Positions 53,001 to 64,000 of a stretch of DNA of 64,000 nt are shown piece after piece. The position numbers were made by a program, and so were the translations under genes. Source of the stretch: Ylistrum balloti (Eukaryota); NCBI RefSeq assembly GCF_031769215.1, contig NW_026781979.1, forward strand, positions 62,001-126,000. The letters run 5' to 3'. The notes under the pieces are model-generated. The model worked only from the letters and a program-made list of their open reading frames with translations, was not told where the DNA came from and searched no databases. Within the stretch, counting starts at the first letter, position 1, and every line of letters starts with the position of its first letter.

Positions 53001-54410
53001 TGGATGATATGGGCCAATAAAAGTGTATCCTTGCTTTCAACATATTTATACCAAGAATAATTCGTATACATTTTATAATATTTTACAATTTTTTTCCAGG
53101 GGATGAAGAAGAAAAAGCAGAAGAACCAAAAGAAGAAAAGAGTGTTTCTGTAAAGGAAGAACCCAAAGCTTCTGTTCACAGCTTCTTTGGTGAGGATATA
53201 ATTGAAAGAGATTTTTTGGTTTGGCTTATCTCTTTAGAAACATGGTACAAGCCTTTCAGGAGGATGTATTCATTTCTGGAATTTTCCTCTCAACTCATTT
53301 CAATTCAATACATTGTAAAAGCATGTGACAAAAGTTATCTCCCTTACACTGCAATATTTTAATGTTGTATTATGGATTCTTGTTTTTCAGAAGTAGATGT
53401 TATCAATTGTTATAACATTTATATGAATAAAGCATTGGAATCTTTACAGGGAGCTCTGACAGATCATTACAAATCAAAAGATAATCTAGAATTTAAAACT
53501 CATATTTATATGTTCATGTCATATTTTCTACTTTTATAAAAAAATATTTTTGGAAAAGCAAATGATGTCTTAAAATTCTTCTTTCTTGTTAAAGAGAAAT
53601 CTGACCTCAAATTAGCTGTTCGGTTTAATTAATCCTTTGACTTATGTATATTTTACTTGCCACATTTTCTCCTTAAATCATACTTTAACCATTTAGTAGT
53701 TTTATGGTATAAAACGAAAAAAGCAATACACAAAAGACAAACTGGTGAATGTTTTCTTTTCATTGAAAATTTGAATATCAGCACAATGAAAAAACAGTAT
53801 CGTGCTGGCAATATTGGTTTTATTCATCATCACTGAAATGTTATTTACAAAGTTGAAATTGAAAAGTGTTAAAAAAAGGAATTAATTTCTCCTCAAATTT
53901 TAAGTCAGATTTACCAATTTTATGAGATTAAATAATCTCAAAGTAAGATTAAGCTATTCATTGAAAATAAATGAAAACATCTTTAGCAGTTTAACTCCCA
54001 TAAGTGAAATGAGGAAAAATCTTCCAACAATTATCTATTAGATAGAAGTTATTAAGTCTGTAATTTTAGTTTGCCATTTGTCAAGTTAGTAATTTAGCAA
54101 TAAACTTCACCTGGATCTTCTGTGAAGGTCACAGACATGAGATATGTCGGTAAATAGCATTGAATGATGTGTGATACTGTCTATTTAACCTCTTTTTGGT
54201 ATATAATTGTATTATTTTTGTTGTAAATATCTTAAATTGTTCAGCTCCAAGGAAAACCACTGTCAAGACAGAAGAAATCACAGAGGACAGCAAGTCCGAG
54301 GAGAATAAAGATAAAGCAGTGAAAGAAGATAAGAAAGAAGATGACAGTAAAAAGAAAGAGGACGTCAAGAGTGAAGAAAAAGAAAAATCAGAGAAGAAAG
54401 AACAATTAAT
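44012..54410 (+). CDS. LIG1: DNA ligase 1, N-terminal regulatory region (first 8 coding exons, about 400 aa). The gene continues past the window end.
   Basis: Exons 44012-44028, 45950-46021, 48220-48424, 48907-49054, 49472-49752, 50202-50424, 53100-53189, 54245-54410, with phases consistent. Splicing gives the PIP box MQRSITAFF (human MQRSIMSFF), DSPVK..ARIIESDDDEE, SPFGIPVRKTARKS (human SPSGIPKRRTARKQ) and SVHSFFAPRK (human TLSSFFTPRK). The catalytic domains were not seen in the window. Confidence 0.88.
44354..44519 (+). mobile_element. MITE, TIR CAGGGCTCTC/GAGAGCCCTG, LIG1 intron 1
   Basis: 10-bp perfect TIR. Colinear with the reverse complement of 51128-51288. Confidence 0.8.
47429..48081 (+). 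mobile_element. Degenerate HINE-like element, LIG1 intron 2
   Basis: Begins ttttagctgatc and ends ctagatgaatgcctcttggaggaatcttgtt. Internal repeated ggttgc(t/c)atgg(t)aac motif, including a 24-bp duplication. Confidence 0.5.
51128..51288 (-). mobile_element. MITE, same family as 44354-44519, inverted orientation, LIG1 intron 6
   Basis: cagggctcttg...tgagggccctg flanked by tat|...|tat. The reverse complement aligns by eye over the full length with the intron-1 copy. Confidence 0.8.
52236..53007. repeat. About 64-bp minisatellite (58-64 bp variants), about 12 copies
   Basis: aaaatctacctgtatttgcagtaagattagtggaaggatgaaatgtggataagttaaagtgatt repeated. Confidence 0.93.
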
Positions 54411-55133
54411 GTGAGTTTTTGATATTTTTTTTATTTATTTTTCTAAATGATTTGATCAATGATGCTATATTACTAATATCTATCTAATTCACTAACATCA
54501 CATAAATTATCTTTACACAGACAAACTGAGATCAGCTACAACAATGAAACACTTGATAGTATATAAATATGCTCACAACCTGTACATGAATTCAATAAGT
54601 CTTAAGATGGGACATCTGTCCTAAATTATGATGCACATTTTGTATGAACACATGTAGTATTGTTAAGATACCCATGACGGGACATAATGTCTCACATATT
54701 TTCCTCCTCGTTCCATGTGTAGCAGGGTTGCAAAGTCCATTTCCTTTCTTACTGTGAATTCCAGTCAAGAGAATTTGGCTATTTCAATATTTACTTACCA
54801 AGTTTTTATTGATTATATAAATACACAGATCTAACACCTTAACCAGGAAGCAAGAAGAGACTGCCATAGTCACATTCTTTAAATTTCTCTTTGGGATTGG
54901 ATCAAACAACAATATACTATAACATCAATTACATTCAGACATAGATCTACACCTTCAACTTATATCATTACAAATGGAGGACATTTAATGGTTTGTCTTT
55001 GAATACCATATGTATTTCATGGGAAATATCAAAGACGTTAGCATATTTTTTCATACAAGTGACACCTATATTTAGTCAACAAGAAACTGTTTATTACATT
55101 TTGGGAAAAAAAGTACATCATCACAGATAATGA

Positions 55134-55705
55134 TATAAGATATCTTACATTGTCAGCACATTTTTTTATCAGAATGAAAATTTCTCAAAATTCGCTGACA
55201 AAAATATAAGATATCTTACATTGTCAGCACATTTTTTTATCAGAATGAAAATTTCTCAAAATTCGCTGACAAAAATATAAGATATCTTACATTGTCAGCA
55301 CATTTTTTTATCAGAATGAAAATTTCTCAAAATTCGCTGACAAAAATATAAGATATCTTACATTGTCAGCACATTTTTTTATCAGAATGAAAATTTCTCA
55401 AAATTCGCTGACAAAAATATAAGATATCTTACATTGTCAGCACATTTTTTTATCAGAATGAAAATTTCTCAAAATTCGCTGACAAAAATATAAGATATCT
55501 TACATTGTCAGCACATTTTTTTATCAGAATGAAAATTTCTCAAAATTCGCTGACAAAAATATAAGATATACATTGTCAGCACATTTTTTTATCAGAATGA
55601 AAATTTCTCAAAATTCGCTGACAAAAATATAAGATATCTTACATTGTCAGCACATTTTTTTATCAGAATGAAAATTTCTCATAATTCGCTGACAAAAATA
55701 AATAA
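55134..55705. repeat. 71-bp tandem repeat, about 8 near-identical copies
   Basis: tataagatatcttacattgtcagcacatttttttatcagaatgaaaatttctcaaaattcgctgacaaaaa repeated. Confidence 0.95.
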
Positions 55706-55777
55706 AATGAATGCTATTTCATTTCAATACATTCTGTATTTATGAATAAGCCCATGCCTGGTATTAAACCCACCTAA

Positions 55778-55798
55778 ATATATATATATATATATATA
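55778..55798. repeat. (AT)n microsatellite
   Basis: atatatatatatatatatat. Confidence 0.9.
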
Positions 55799-57425
55799 TT
55801 GGCTTTTCAGCAAAATAAGCATCCAATGATGTTTCACTGTCTCAGCCTAGTCACTGGCTCTGAGGTAATGTGCTGGGGCCCCTGGGTTTTTCAGTGGGAT
55901 ACATACAGTATTATGATAAACCAGCTAAAAACACATTACAATCAATACTGGTAGGACATTTAACACAAACATGTCAGCAGCATAAAATATACAGACTTAG
56001 ATGATATATTTTGTTTGTTTTGTAACACATTAAAACCAAGAAAGGCATGCTAAAGATTTCTGTAAAAAAATAATAATTCGTACACTCAAATTACGGATGT
56101 CTTCACTTAGTAAACTACATGAATTGTAGGAAACCCTTCACTTTTTGTTGCCAAGTAATTTTGACAAATTGAGTTACTGAAGGTGTTAATTTTGTGAATG
56201 TATGAAATTTGATACATTTTAATCCATTATCAAACATTTCAATCTTTCATCAGAAGAAAAATCAATACAATGTACTACTTTGTCATATGTTGAAAATAAT
56301 TCAAATGTAAGTTTCTCAATTCTTGCAGATCATGTTCTGTGGTAGTACTTTTCAGATTTCCATTTTATGTCATTTGTCTTGATTTCTTTAGAGGTGAGCA
56401 ACAAACAGACCAAGTTTAGTAAATTGCAGTTATTTGTGAAATAAGTCAATATAGGATGAACATTTCACGGTTCCATTAATGAGTTAATCAGAGACACAGC
56501 AGTCCAAACGGGTTTCACTACATGTTTGGTAGATTTCAGGTAGTATATTTTTCATTGATGTTCATGGAAAAAACAAAAAGATAGAAATGATGTATATTTT
56601 CAACGAAAAAAAAACAAGACCAAAAATGTTGCAGATTGAGCCAAATTCTTTACTGTATGATGTGCATTGTGCAAAGTTTCAAAGCATCACCTTACAAATT
56701 GAGCCGGGAGATTTGTTCATATTGAGCTCCAGTTGGGAAGGGACTGGGGGAAGGGGTTGGGGGTTGGGCACTTAACTAATAAAAACAATTCCCCCTGAAT
56801 AAATAAAGAAGGACCTGTGCAAGCCTGCATCCAACCTCTGGAACTAACACTGAAGCCTGAATATAGAATAGAATTGAAATGACAAGGTTCTTTACTGGGT
56901 GTAGGGGAGATAATTATGTTATGTTGTGTACAGTTTTCATGAATTCTGGGATTAAACACCTATTTAGAAATATAAAATGACTGCAAACACTTTCAGTAAT
57001 ACTTGTCCTAAAAGCTATCCTAGTTTCTTATATACACAATTAATTTGCTATTAATAAATATTAAAAAATGCCTATGATGTAAGAAAATCTTTTGATTTTC
57101 TAACAAATCTCGCTCTTGGTTGGTACCTGGTTTGTATTGAAACAAACCATGACAGAGTTTTGATTTCAATCAAAATCAGAGCATATAGTATTAAAAGCAA
57201 TCAACTGTGATAATTAGAGAGTCCATTTTATAGGAATTTAATACCTGGAGTAGCATTTTCAATTGAAACAGTCATTTGTATATATATTCTGGCATTCATT
57301 CTGTGTGGAAAATGATGACATAGGTCTTGAAATCTGTGTCTGTAGGTATAATATTTCTGTTTAATGTTGTTTATTGAATATATTGTCAACAACAGTCTAC
57401 AATATTATAACTTGAAAATTTTGAT

Positions 57426-58845
57426 TCAGTCCTCATATATCAGGTAGCCAGAGAATGTAGAGTAGTCGTTAAGAAGCGAGGAATTTTTGGACAGTTGTAT
57501 CCAAACATGATCGCCTTGTACAAGGTGTAGGATTATGGTATTACTACCCGTCCCATATCCAGCACGCTGGTCACCATGCATAGGGATCACATAATTTCCA
57601 TTCATCATTATCCAGCCGAAGGCATCAGAGTCAATGTTACATAACACATGGGCAGCAAATAGATAGGTGCCATTGACTTTACAAACAAAAGTGGAAGTAT
57701 ATGGATCAAAGCTGTCACCCAGATTGATGAACACATTGTCATAGATAACTATGGTATTCTCCAACACTGGACCAAGCCGGGATGTCCTGCTGGCTGAAAA
57801 TGCTACCTTTTTGCGTATTGCTCCAGATTGTCCTGTGTTGGAACATAAAAAAAAACCTTTGATACTTATTTTTTTATTATTCCTTGTATCACTTATTTTT
57901 TATTTAATCAATCTTTCAATAGATTATAGCATGTAGGAGTGTACACAGCTCATTCTTGTTGAATTACTTATACTATTGCAAAATACTATATATCAGATTA
58001 TTTTTGCAAAAATCTTTACAATATGTTGTTTGAAAATTTTGTAAGTTTGATGTTATCCTATTTTGATACTTTGAAAACACAAAAAAAAATCTTTATTTTA
58101 TGAAAATATACAAGTGGCAATAAAACTTGAGTGACAAGACTCCATATTAACCTCAGTTAAGTTATGTACCTTGTATTTACACAGTGAAGTTGCTAGTCAT
58201 TATGTTATCAACATGCATTAGGATTTCTGAAAATGATCCCTCAAATTGATCTGCCCTATATTGTAACTCAAGTATTGCCTAACTTAGATACCTTTCTGTC
58301 CCTTTTGACCCATGGCGCCGTAAGGGCCCACCTCTCCTCTTATTCCTTTGGTCCCACGGTTTCCGCATTCACCTTTCTGACCTTTTCTGCCCCTTCTCCC
58401 TCGATCACCTGCTTTTCCAGGTGGTCCTTGTGGGCCTTGAAATCAATAGATATTATATATTATGTATAATTTTATTCCAGTGCTGTGTCCCATGCATATT
58501 AAAGTCATGGTTTGTCTCACTCCGAATCTACAGATTTGAAATTTGTCATTTGAAAATCAAGTTCTTTACTGTGTAGAAAAAGTAGTAGTAGTAGTTACCT
58601 GGTATCCCAGAATTTCCTATCTCCCCCTTCTGTCCCTTAAACCCAGTCACACCCCTGGGTCCTTGGAGTCCCTGGTTGCCATGGGCACCTGGGGTACCTG
58701 GAGGACCAGAACAGCACTGGCAGTGAGGGGAAGCTTTGCTGTAGGTTAGGGTGGCAAGAGAACTCTTCACACCCAGCAGGAACAGGTAGTACAGTACATA
58801 CACCTTAATGTTTATATTGGCATTGGCTAAAAATTTAGGTGCCAT
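57426..58845 (-). CDS. Secreted collagen-tailed C1q-domain protein (C1qTNF/CTRP-like architecture), about 265 aa, nested antisense in a LIG1 intron
   Basis: Exons 58845-58599, 58435-58292, 57832-57426, GT-AG and in frame (798 nt). Hydrophobic leader VYVLYYLFLLGV, then CQCC, 30 uninterrupted Gly-X-Y triplets, then gC1q (KVAFSA, IVIYDNVFINLGDSFDPYTSTFVCKVNGTYLF, SNTIILHLVQGDHVWIQL, YSTFSGYLIY). The start ATG (ACA ATG G) is inferred. An alternative acceptor at 58739/58738 would imply a different first exon. Confidence 0.9.
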
Positions 58846-60139
58846 TGTCAAATTATCAAAACATTATCTATACTTTGTTTATGGTGTACTGCTTCTTCCA
58901 TATGATCGGAACGTTTATCGTGTTTGAATTCAAAGATTATTTACACAGCTTTGAACTCACTGTCATCCTTTGTAGACTGTTGACTCGGATTCACCTGAAA
59001 ATAAATACAAAACTTGAAAATATCTGGGAAATGATGCTCAATTTACCTTCCAAGCATGTCATTATTACTGTTTGACAAATTTCTGTAAATAGTAACAGTG
59101 ACCTTGACCTTTAGAAACCTGATATAATTTACCTTTGCAGAAAGTTTGCTAGTGATGTTAGTGATGCAGTACAGGAAATAATGGGACAGACATCTGTAAC
59201 ATTTTATGCTTCCCTAAAAAAATGACGGAAGCATGTAAAAAGTAAAAAAGATGATTTTTCTGCCAATCAATGTTTGTCAGACACGAGGATTGTGTCATGT
59301 GAATGGAAACCTGATAATAATTACAGATCTATGAAGACTGTTGAGATTACACTCTCTTAATGGATTTGATTTGCCTGTCACTGTGATGTAATGAAAAACC
59401 ATTCATTTAAGCTGATTCAATAAACATCAATTAAATTTAGGAAACTGTTATTGCTGAATATTGTCATATAATGTTATTAGCAAAGACTTATAGTAGGGAG
59501 ACATCTTCTCAGTTCCAGAAACCTAGCTTATACAAAATGGTATGTAGAGGGTCTTATCTATTCAAAAATCTTGACAGACTTTGATTGCTAACAGTTAGGA
59601 ATCCTAGTTCTTAAAAGACTTACGAAGAAACATTTAGTCATTTAATTACCAGTAAATTTCACCTTCGTAAAAGTGATTGAAGTCTAGACGAGTCATAAGC
59701 AGGAACTTATAGGCAGCATTCTGAATAGTTATTTATAGAAAATGATACATCTGAGTTGTTAGATAATGAAAGGAGATATGTTTATGTCAATTGTGTTCTG
59801 TATTTTATCTCCATACTTCTAAGGTTACTAGAAAACGTTTTCCTAATTGGCTTAAATGGACAGATTTATGGGTTGAATCCACAGTCATTATCTCACCATC
59901 TTGGGAAGTCAGTTAACAGTTAATGCAAAAAACTGTCTTTAGGATGTAGAAAGAAATGTTAAAAACAGAGGGTAGGGTGAAAGCCAATTTCTCTCCATAA
60001 CATTGAGAATCAGATGTTGAATACAGGGGTAGGGGGAGGAGGGGGGGGGGGGTAGAATGAAAGCCTCTTTCTCACCATAACATTGAGAATCAGATTTTCA
60101 ACACAGTGGTTAGGGTGAAAGCCACTTTCTGTTCTTTAT

Positions 60140-60700
60140 ACGGAGAATCAGATGTTAACACAGAGGTTAGGGTGCCACTCTCTGTTCTTAACAAGGAGAA
60201 TCAGATGTTAACACAGAGGTTAGGGTGCCACTCTCTGTTCTTAACAAGGAGAATCAGATGTTAACACAGAGGTTAGGGTGCCACTCTCTGTTCTTAACAA
60301 GGAGAATCAGATGTTAACACAGAGGTTAGGGTGCCACTCTCTGTTCTTAACAAGGAGAATCAGATGTTAACACAGAGGTTAGGGTGCCACTCTCTGTTCT
60401 TAACAAGGAGAATCAGATGTTAACACAGAGGTTAGGGTGCCACTCTCTGTTCTTAACAAGGAGAATCAGATGTTAACACAGAGGTTAGGGTGCCACTCTC
60501 TGTTCTTAACAAGGAGAATCAGACGTTAACACAGAGGTTAGGGTGCCACTCTCTGTTCTTAACAAGGAGAATCAGATGTTAACACAGAGGTTAGGGTGCC
60601 ACTCTCTGTTCTTAACAAGGAGAATCAGATGTTAACACAGAGGTTAGGGTGCCACTCTCTGTTCTTAACAAGGAGAATCAGATGTTAACACAGAGGTTAA
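60140..60700. repeat. 53-bp tandem repeat, about 10 near-perfect copies, with degenerate flanks from about 59960 to 60810
   Basis: ggagaatcagatgttaacacagaggttagggtgccactctctgttcttaacaa repeated. Confidence 0.95.
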
Positions 60701-62189
60701 GGTGAAAGCCAACTTCTGTCATTGACATAGCGGATCAGGTATTTAATATAGAGGTTAGGGTGAATGCCAACTTCTGTCCTTAACATAGAATTGGATGTTG
60801 AATGAAGAGGTAAGGATACATTAAAAAGATTCATGCAGTTGACCATAGTCATGTTTTAACATTTGGTCACTAATTATATAAAAACCTTCTTGTCCTGACC
60901 AAGATTGTTTAGATCTCGGATATCGGCTTATATACATACAGTCATAAGGAGTCTTGCTGTGTGAAGAAACCAAAATACCTGCTGAAAACTTGTGTTGTCT
61001 TGAAGCAAACCAAATACCTTTTCACATCTGGTTAGGGAATCAAACTCCAATTATCTTTATACTGGATGAATGATGGGGATGGTACTACCACTATGTCTTT
61101 AAATGGGTATAGTCTTTTTGTATCGGAGATTGCTTTCAATAGCATGGATAATAAGAGGTCAACATTACTTTCTCTAGTCATTGAAATAATCTTAGATATA
61201 CTACTTAAAAGACATTACTACCGGGTAGAGTGTATAACGGTTGATTGGAATGGTGAGATATAACAACGATGCTTCTACTGGTTTTGGTCTATTTGCTGGC
61301 AAGTGTTGGGTGACTGTAGCATCTTTTGATTGAAATAATGGTTTAATAACCTGTCACCAGGAACCTAATATGCTGTACATAAGTACAAGTTGTTCTAAGT
61401 TTTATAGAGTGATTACATAGGATGTTCCCCCAGGAGTGTAACTAAATCTTCAGCAGGTGTCAGCGCTATTCTGTGTGTAATTAGTTTGTCAATAGTTTAC
61501 TACTACTATAAAGTTACTTTATACAAACACATCTTCTTGTATAATTGGACTCCACCTGAATCTAATCTACTTTGATGGGTTTCTCATAAAATGTCGCTAA
61601 GCACCATTTCTATTTCCGAAGTTAAACAAGGGCATTATGAAATTGTTTTTCTCCTTCAATTCTAGATTTTAATACATGCATAAATTTATGCGTGTATTTT
61701 CAGAATAATCATCTTACACTGACAAGGTTTTCATGTTACATTTAAGTCATTTGTACTTAACATAAAATTGCAAAAGAAGGCTTTAAATCTTTGAATCACT
61801 ATGATAAAAATGTATTGCTTTCAATATCATATCTTAAATAAGATCAGAAATTGGCAGATTATATTCCTCCAATAGAAGAACCATTGTTTTACCATGTGTA
61901 GGTATGTCTAGTAACTGTTTAATAGAAGTGGTTCATTTTCCCAAGCAGTTGTATATTGCAGACAGTAGTGATAGGGAAGAGGACTGTTGTTGGAGCTTTG
62001 CAATCTTCCTCTGTTTTGTTTCAATATGATAATGTTTTGACAGAGGGGAGTATGGGCTGGACTTATGTTGCTATAAACTGTCACAACATAAGACAAGGGA
62101 TTAGCTTAACGAGACACACTAATGGAAGATATACCTGGTTTGTCTATTTATATAAACCTTTTTATATTTAAGAACAATAGTGAAACAAA

Positions 62190-62375
62190 CTATAAGTTTA
62201 TATTAATCTCTCTTATTCGCCTTGATTGAAGTGTGTAAGGGGTCCTGTTGTGGAAGGCAACTGGACTATCCACATGGTTGAACATTGAACAGCTAGTAAC
62301 TCTATACTGTTTTGCCATTGATTTGGGGACCAAACCCCAGTTGCCAAGGTGAAATTGAAGTGAGCAACCACCCAT
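62190..62375 (-). mobile_element. Degenerate tRNA-derived SINE copy
   Basis: The reverse complement reads tttcaccttggcaactggggtttggtcccc ... ttccacaacaggacccc...gagagattaatataa, similar to the 11411 copy. Confidence 0.5.
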
Positions 62376-63289
62376 TACATTGTAATAGAACTGAATTTAT
62401 ATCTCTGCTGATTTTGTTTTGAAAACTCATATCAAGCAAAATTTTACAAATACCTCAAATCTGCATGGCTTGAAAATCCAGATGGGAAAAAACAGGAAAC
62501 TAATTTTTGTAAAAATTCTTTAAAGTAAATTAAATTTTCTTTTAGTCATACAAATGTACAAGTATTAGTGCTAGGTCATCCAAAAAATTATTAACTTCTT
62601 CAGTTACTAGGAGCACAAAATTAAATTGATTCATCGATAGAGGTTATTTTGAATCTGTCAAATTTAAATAAACCCAGGTCAAGGTTTGAATTTAGAATTT
62701 TGTAGACAGTTCCTTTGAATGGTACTTTTATCATTTACTGAATTTTCATAATCCTAGTGAGAAGTAAGAAATTGATCTCCACCATTTAGTCATGGAATGC
62801 TTTGTGATGTGTGTTAATGTTGCCATGGTTACACAAAATAACACAAATTATTCTGTTGGTGATATCATGATATTAGTTATATAGGGGATGTGTATTAAGT
62901 TATATGTCAATCACTAGTCCAATCATCTTTAGTGCTAATTAAAGCTCTCCAGATCCAGATGACATAGCACCTCCGAGATAAAAAGGTCAAATTAACAGCT
63001 GTAGAGTAATAGTGATGAAAGTCATGGTAACGGTGGTGTGATTTCCCTGTTACTGAGGTTTTGATTCCACAGAAGGCTACATAGATATGAGGGTAGGTGT
63101 TAATCAGGAATGATTAGAAAAGTTGGTGATTGAGGTGAAAAATTAATGATTACCTTCTTGTGTAGACTGTATTACTTATACACATAAAGATGTCTGCAGC
63201 TTCCAGTATGAAGTGAAAGGGATGAAGTATATTGCAATGGTTAAATCTTAATTAAATTACTTTCCCCAGACATGTGGACAAACTTTGTA

Positions 63290-64000
63290 GAGGCAGTATA
63301 AGGGAGTATGTTTTGAGGTGGCAGCAGTAGGAAGTAGCATGAATAGGCAGTATAAGAAATAATGTCTTGTGGAGTGAGTAAAGCGAGTATGTATTGTAAA
63401 GGCAGTAAAAAAAGATTATATGTATGTGGAGGCGGTATAATGGAGTATGTTTTGTGGAGGCAGTATAAGGGAGTATGTTTTGTTGAGGCAGTATATTGGA
63501 GTAGGTTTTATGGAGGCGGTATAATGGAGTAGGTTTTATGGAGGCGGTATAATGGAGTAGGTTTTGTGGAGGCAGTATAAGGGAGTATGTTTTGTTGAGG
63601 CAGTATAAGGGAGTATGTTTTGTGGAGGCAGTATAAGGGAGTATGTTTTGTTGAGGCAGTATATTGGAGTAGGTTTTATGGAGGCGGTATAATGGAGTAG
63701 GTTTTATGGAGGCGGTATAATGGAGTAGGTTTTATGGAGGCGGTATAATGGAGTAGGTTTTATGGAGGCGGTATAATGGAGTAGGTTTTATGGAGGCGGT
63801 ATAATGGAGTAGGTTTTATGGAGGCGGTATAATGGAGTATGTTTTGTGGAGGCAGTATAAGGGAGTATGTTTTGTGGAGGCAGTATATTGGAGGATGTCT
63901 TGTGGCAGTACAAGGGAGTGTTTTGTGGAGGCAGTATAATGGAGTATGTTTTGTGGAGGCGGTATGATGGAGTAGGTTTTATGGAGGCGGTATAATGGAG
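63290..64000. repeat. 28-bp G-rich minisatellite running off the window end
   Basis: Two interleaved variants, ggaggcggtataatggagtaggttttat and ggaggcagtataagggagtatgttttgt. Confidence 0.93.

Noticed and set aside
48178-54368. Ser/Phe/Leu-rich minus-strand ORFs over LIG1 exons
   Set aside because: Antisense shadows of purine-rich Lys/Glu-coding exons.
58960-58994. Short coding exon 58994-58961 spliced (GTGAGT donor) to the 58738 acceptor of the C1q gene
   Set aside because: The only open frame ends in phase 1 whereas the downstream exon needs phase 2. The ATG at 58845 with a hydrophobic leader is the simpler model.
55134-60700. CRISPR-like appearance of the 71-bp and 53-bp palindromic arrays
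   Set aside because: The units are head-to-tail identical with no unique spacers, there are no cas genes, and the context is a eukaryotic intron.
54411-64000. Further LIG1 exons (DNA-binding domain start, expected YHPxxDACW-like motif)
   Set aside because: Looked for on the plus strand and not found, so presumed to lie beyond the window. A very short exon could have been missed.

Overview
AT-rich, intron-rich eukaryotic DNA, not prokaryotic: no CRISPR array, rRNA or true tRNA is supported. The repeat types and the C1q-domain gene suggest a mollusc, probably a bivalve (inference). Five protein-coding genes were reconstructed by hand from GT-AG junctions and frame continuity: SRSF2 (-, 2 exons, 192 aa) head-to-head with MFSD11 (+, 13 coding exons, 447 aa); TMEM184B (-, 7 coding exons, 462 aa) head-to-head with LIG1 (+, first 8 coding exons, the catalytic part lies beyond the window); and a collagen-tailed C1q-domain gene (-, 3 coding exons, about 265 aa) nested in a LIG1 intron. 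Introns and UTRs hold Helentron-like elements, tRNA-derived SINEs, MITEs and many minisatellites. Top finding: an apparent splicing-assembled stop-codon readthrough cassette in MFSD11. It consists of UGA followed by CAA UCA (CARYYA), an intron 9 nt later, and a next exon that opens with a 13-bp hairpin and stays in frame for 35 codons. Also notable: a histone H3 K9/S10/K14-like mimic in LIG1, about 36 in-register AG|GT decoy splice sites behind an MFSD11 donor, a candidate SRSF2 3'UTR autoregulatory exon, and the SRSF2-MFSD11 head-to-head pairing that is also found in human. Gene identities rest on recalled protein family sequences, with no database search run.
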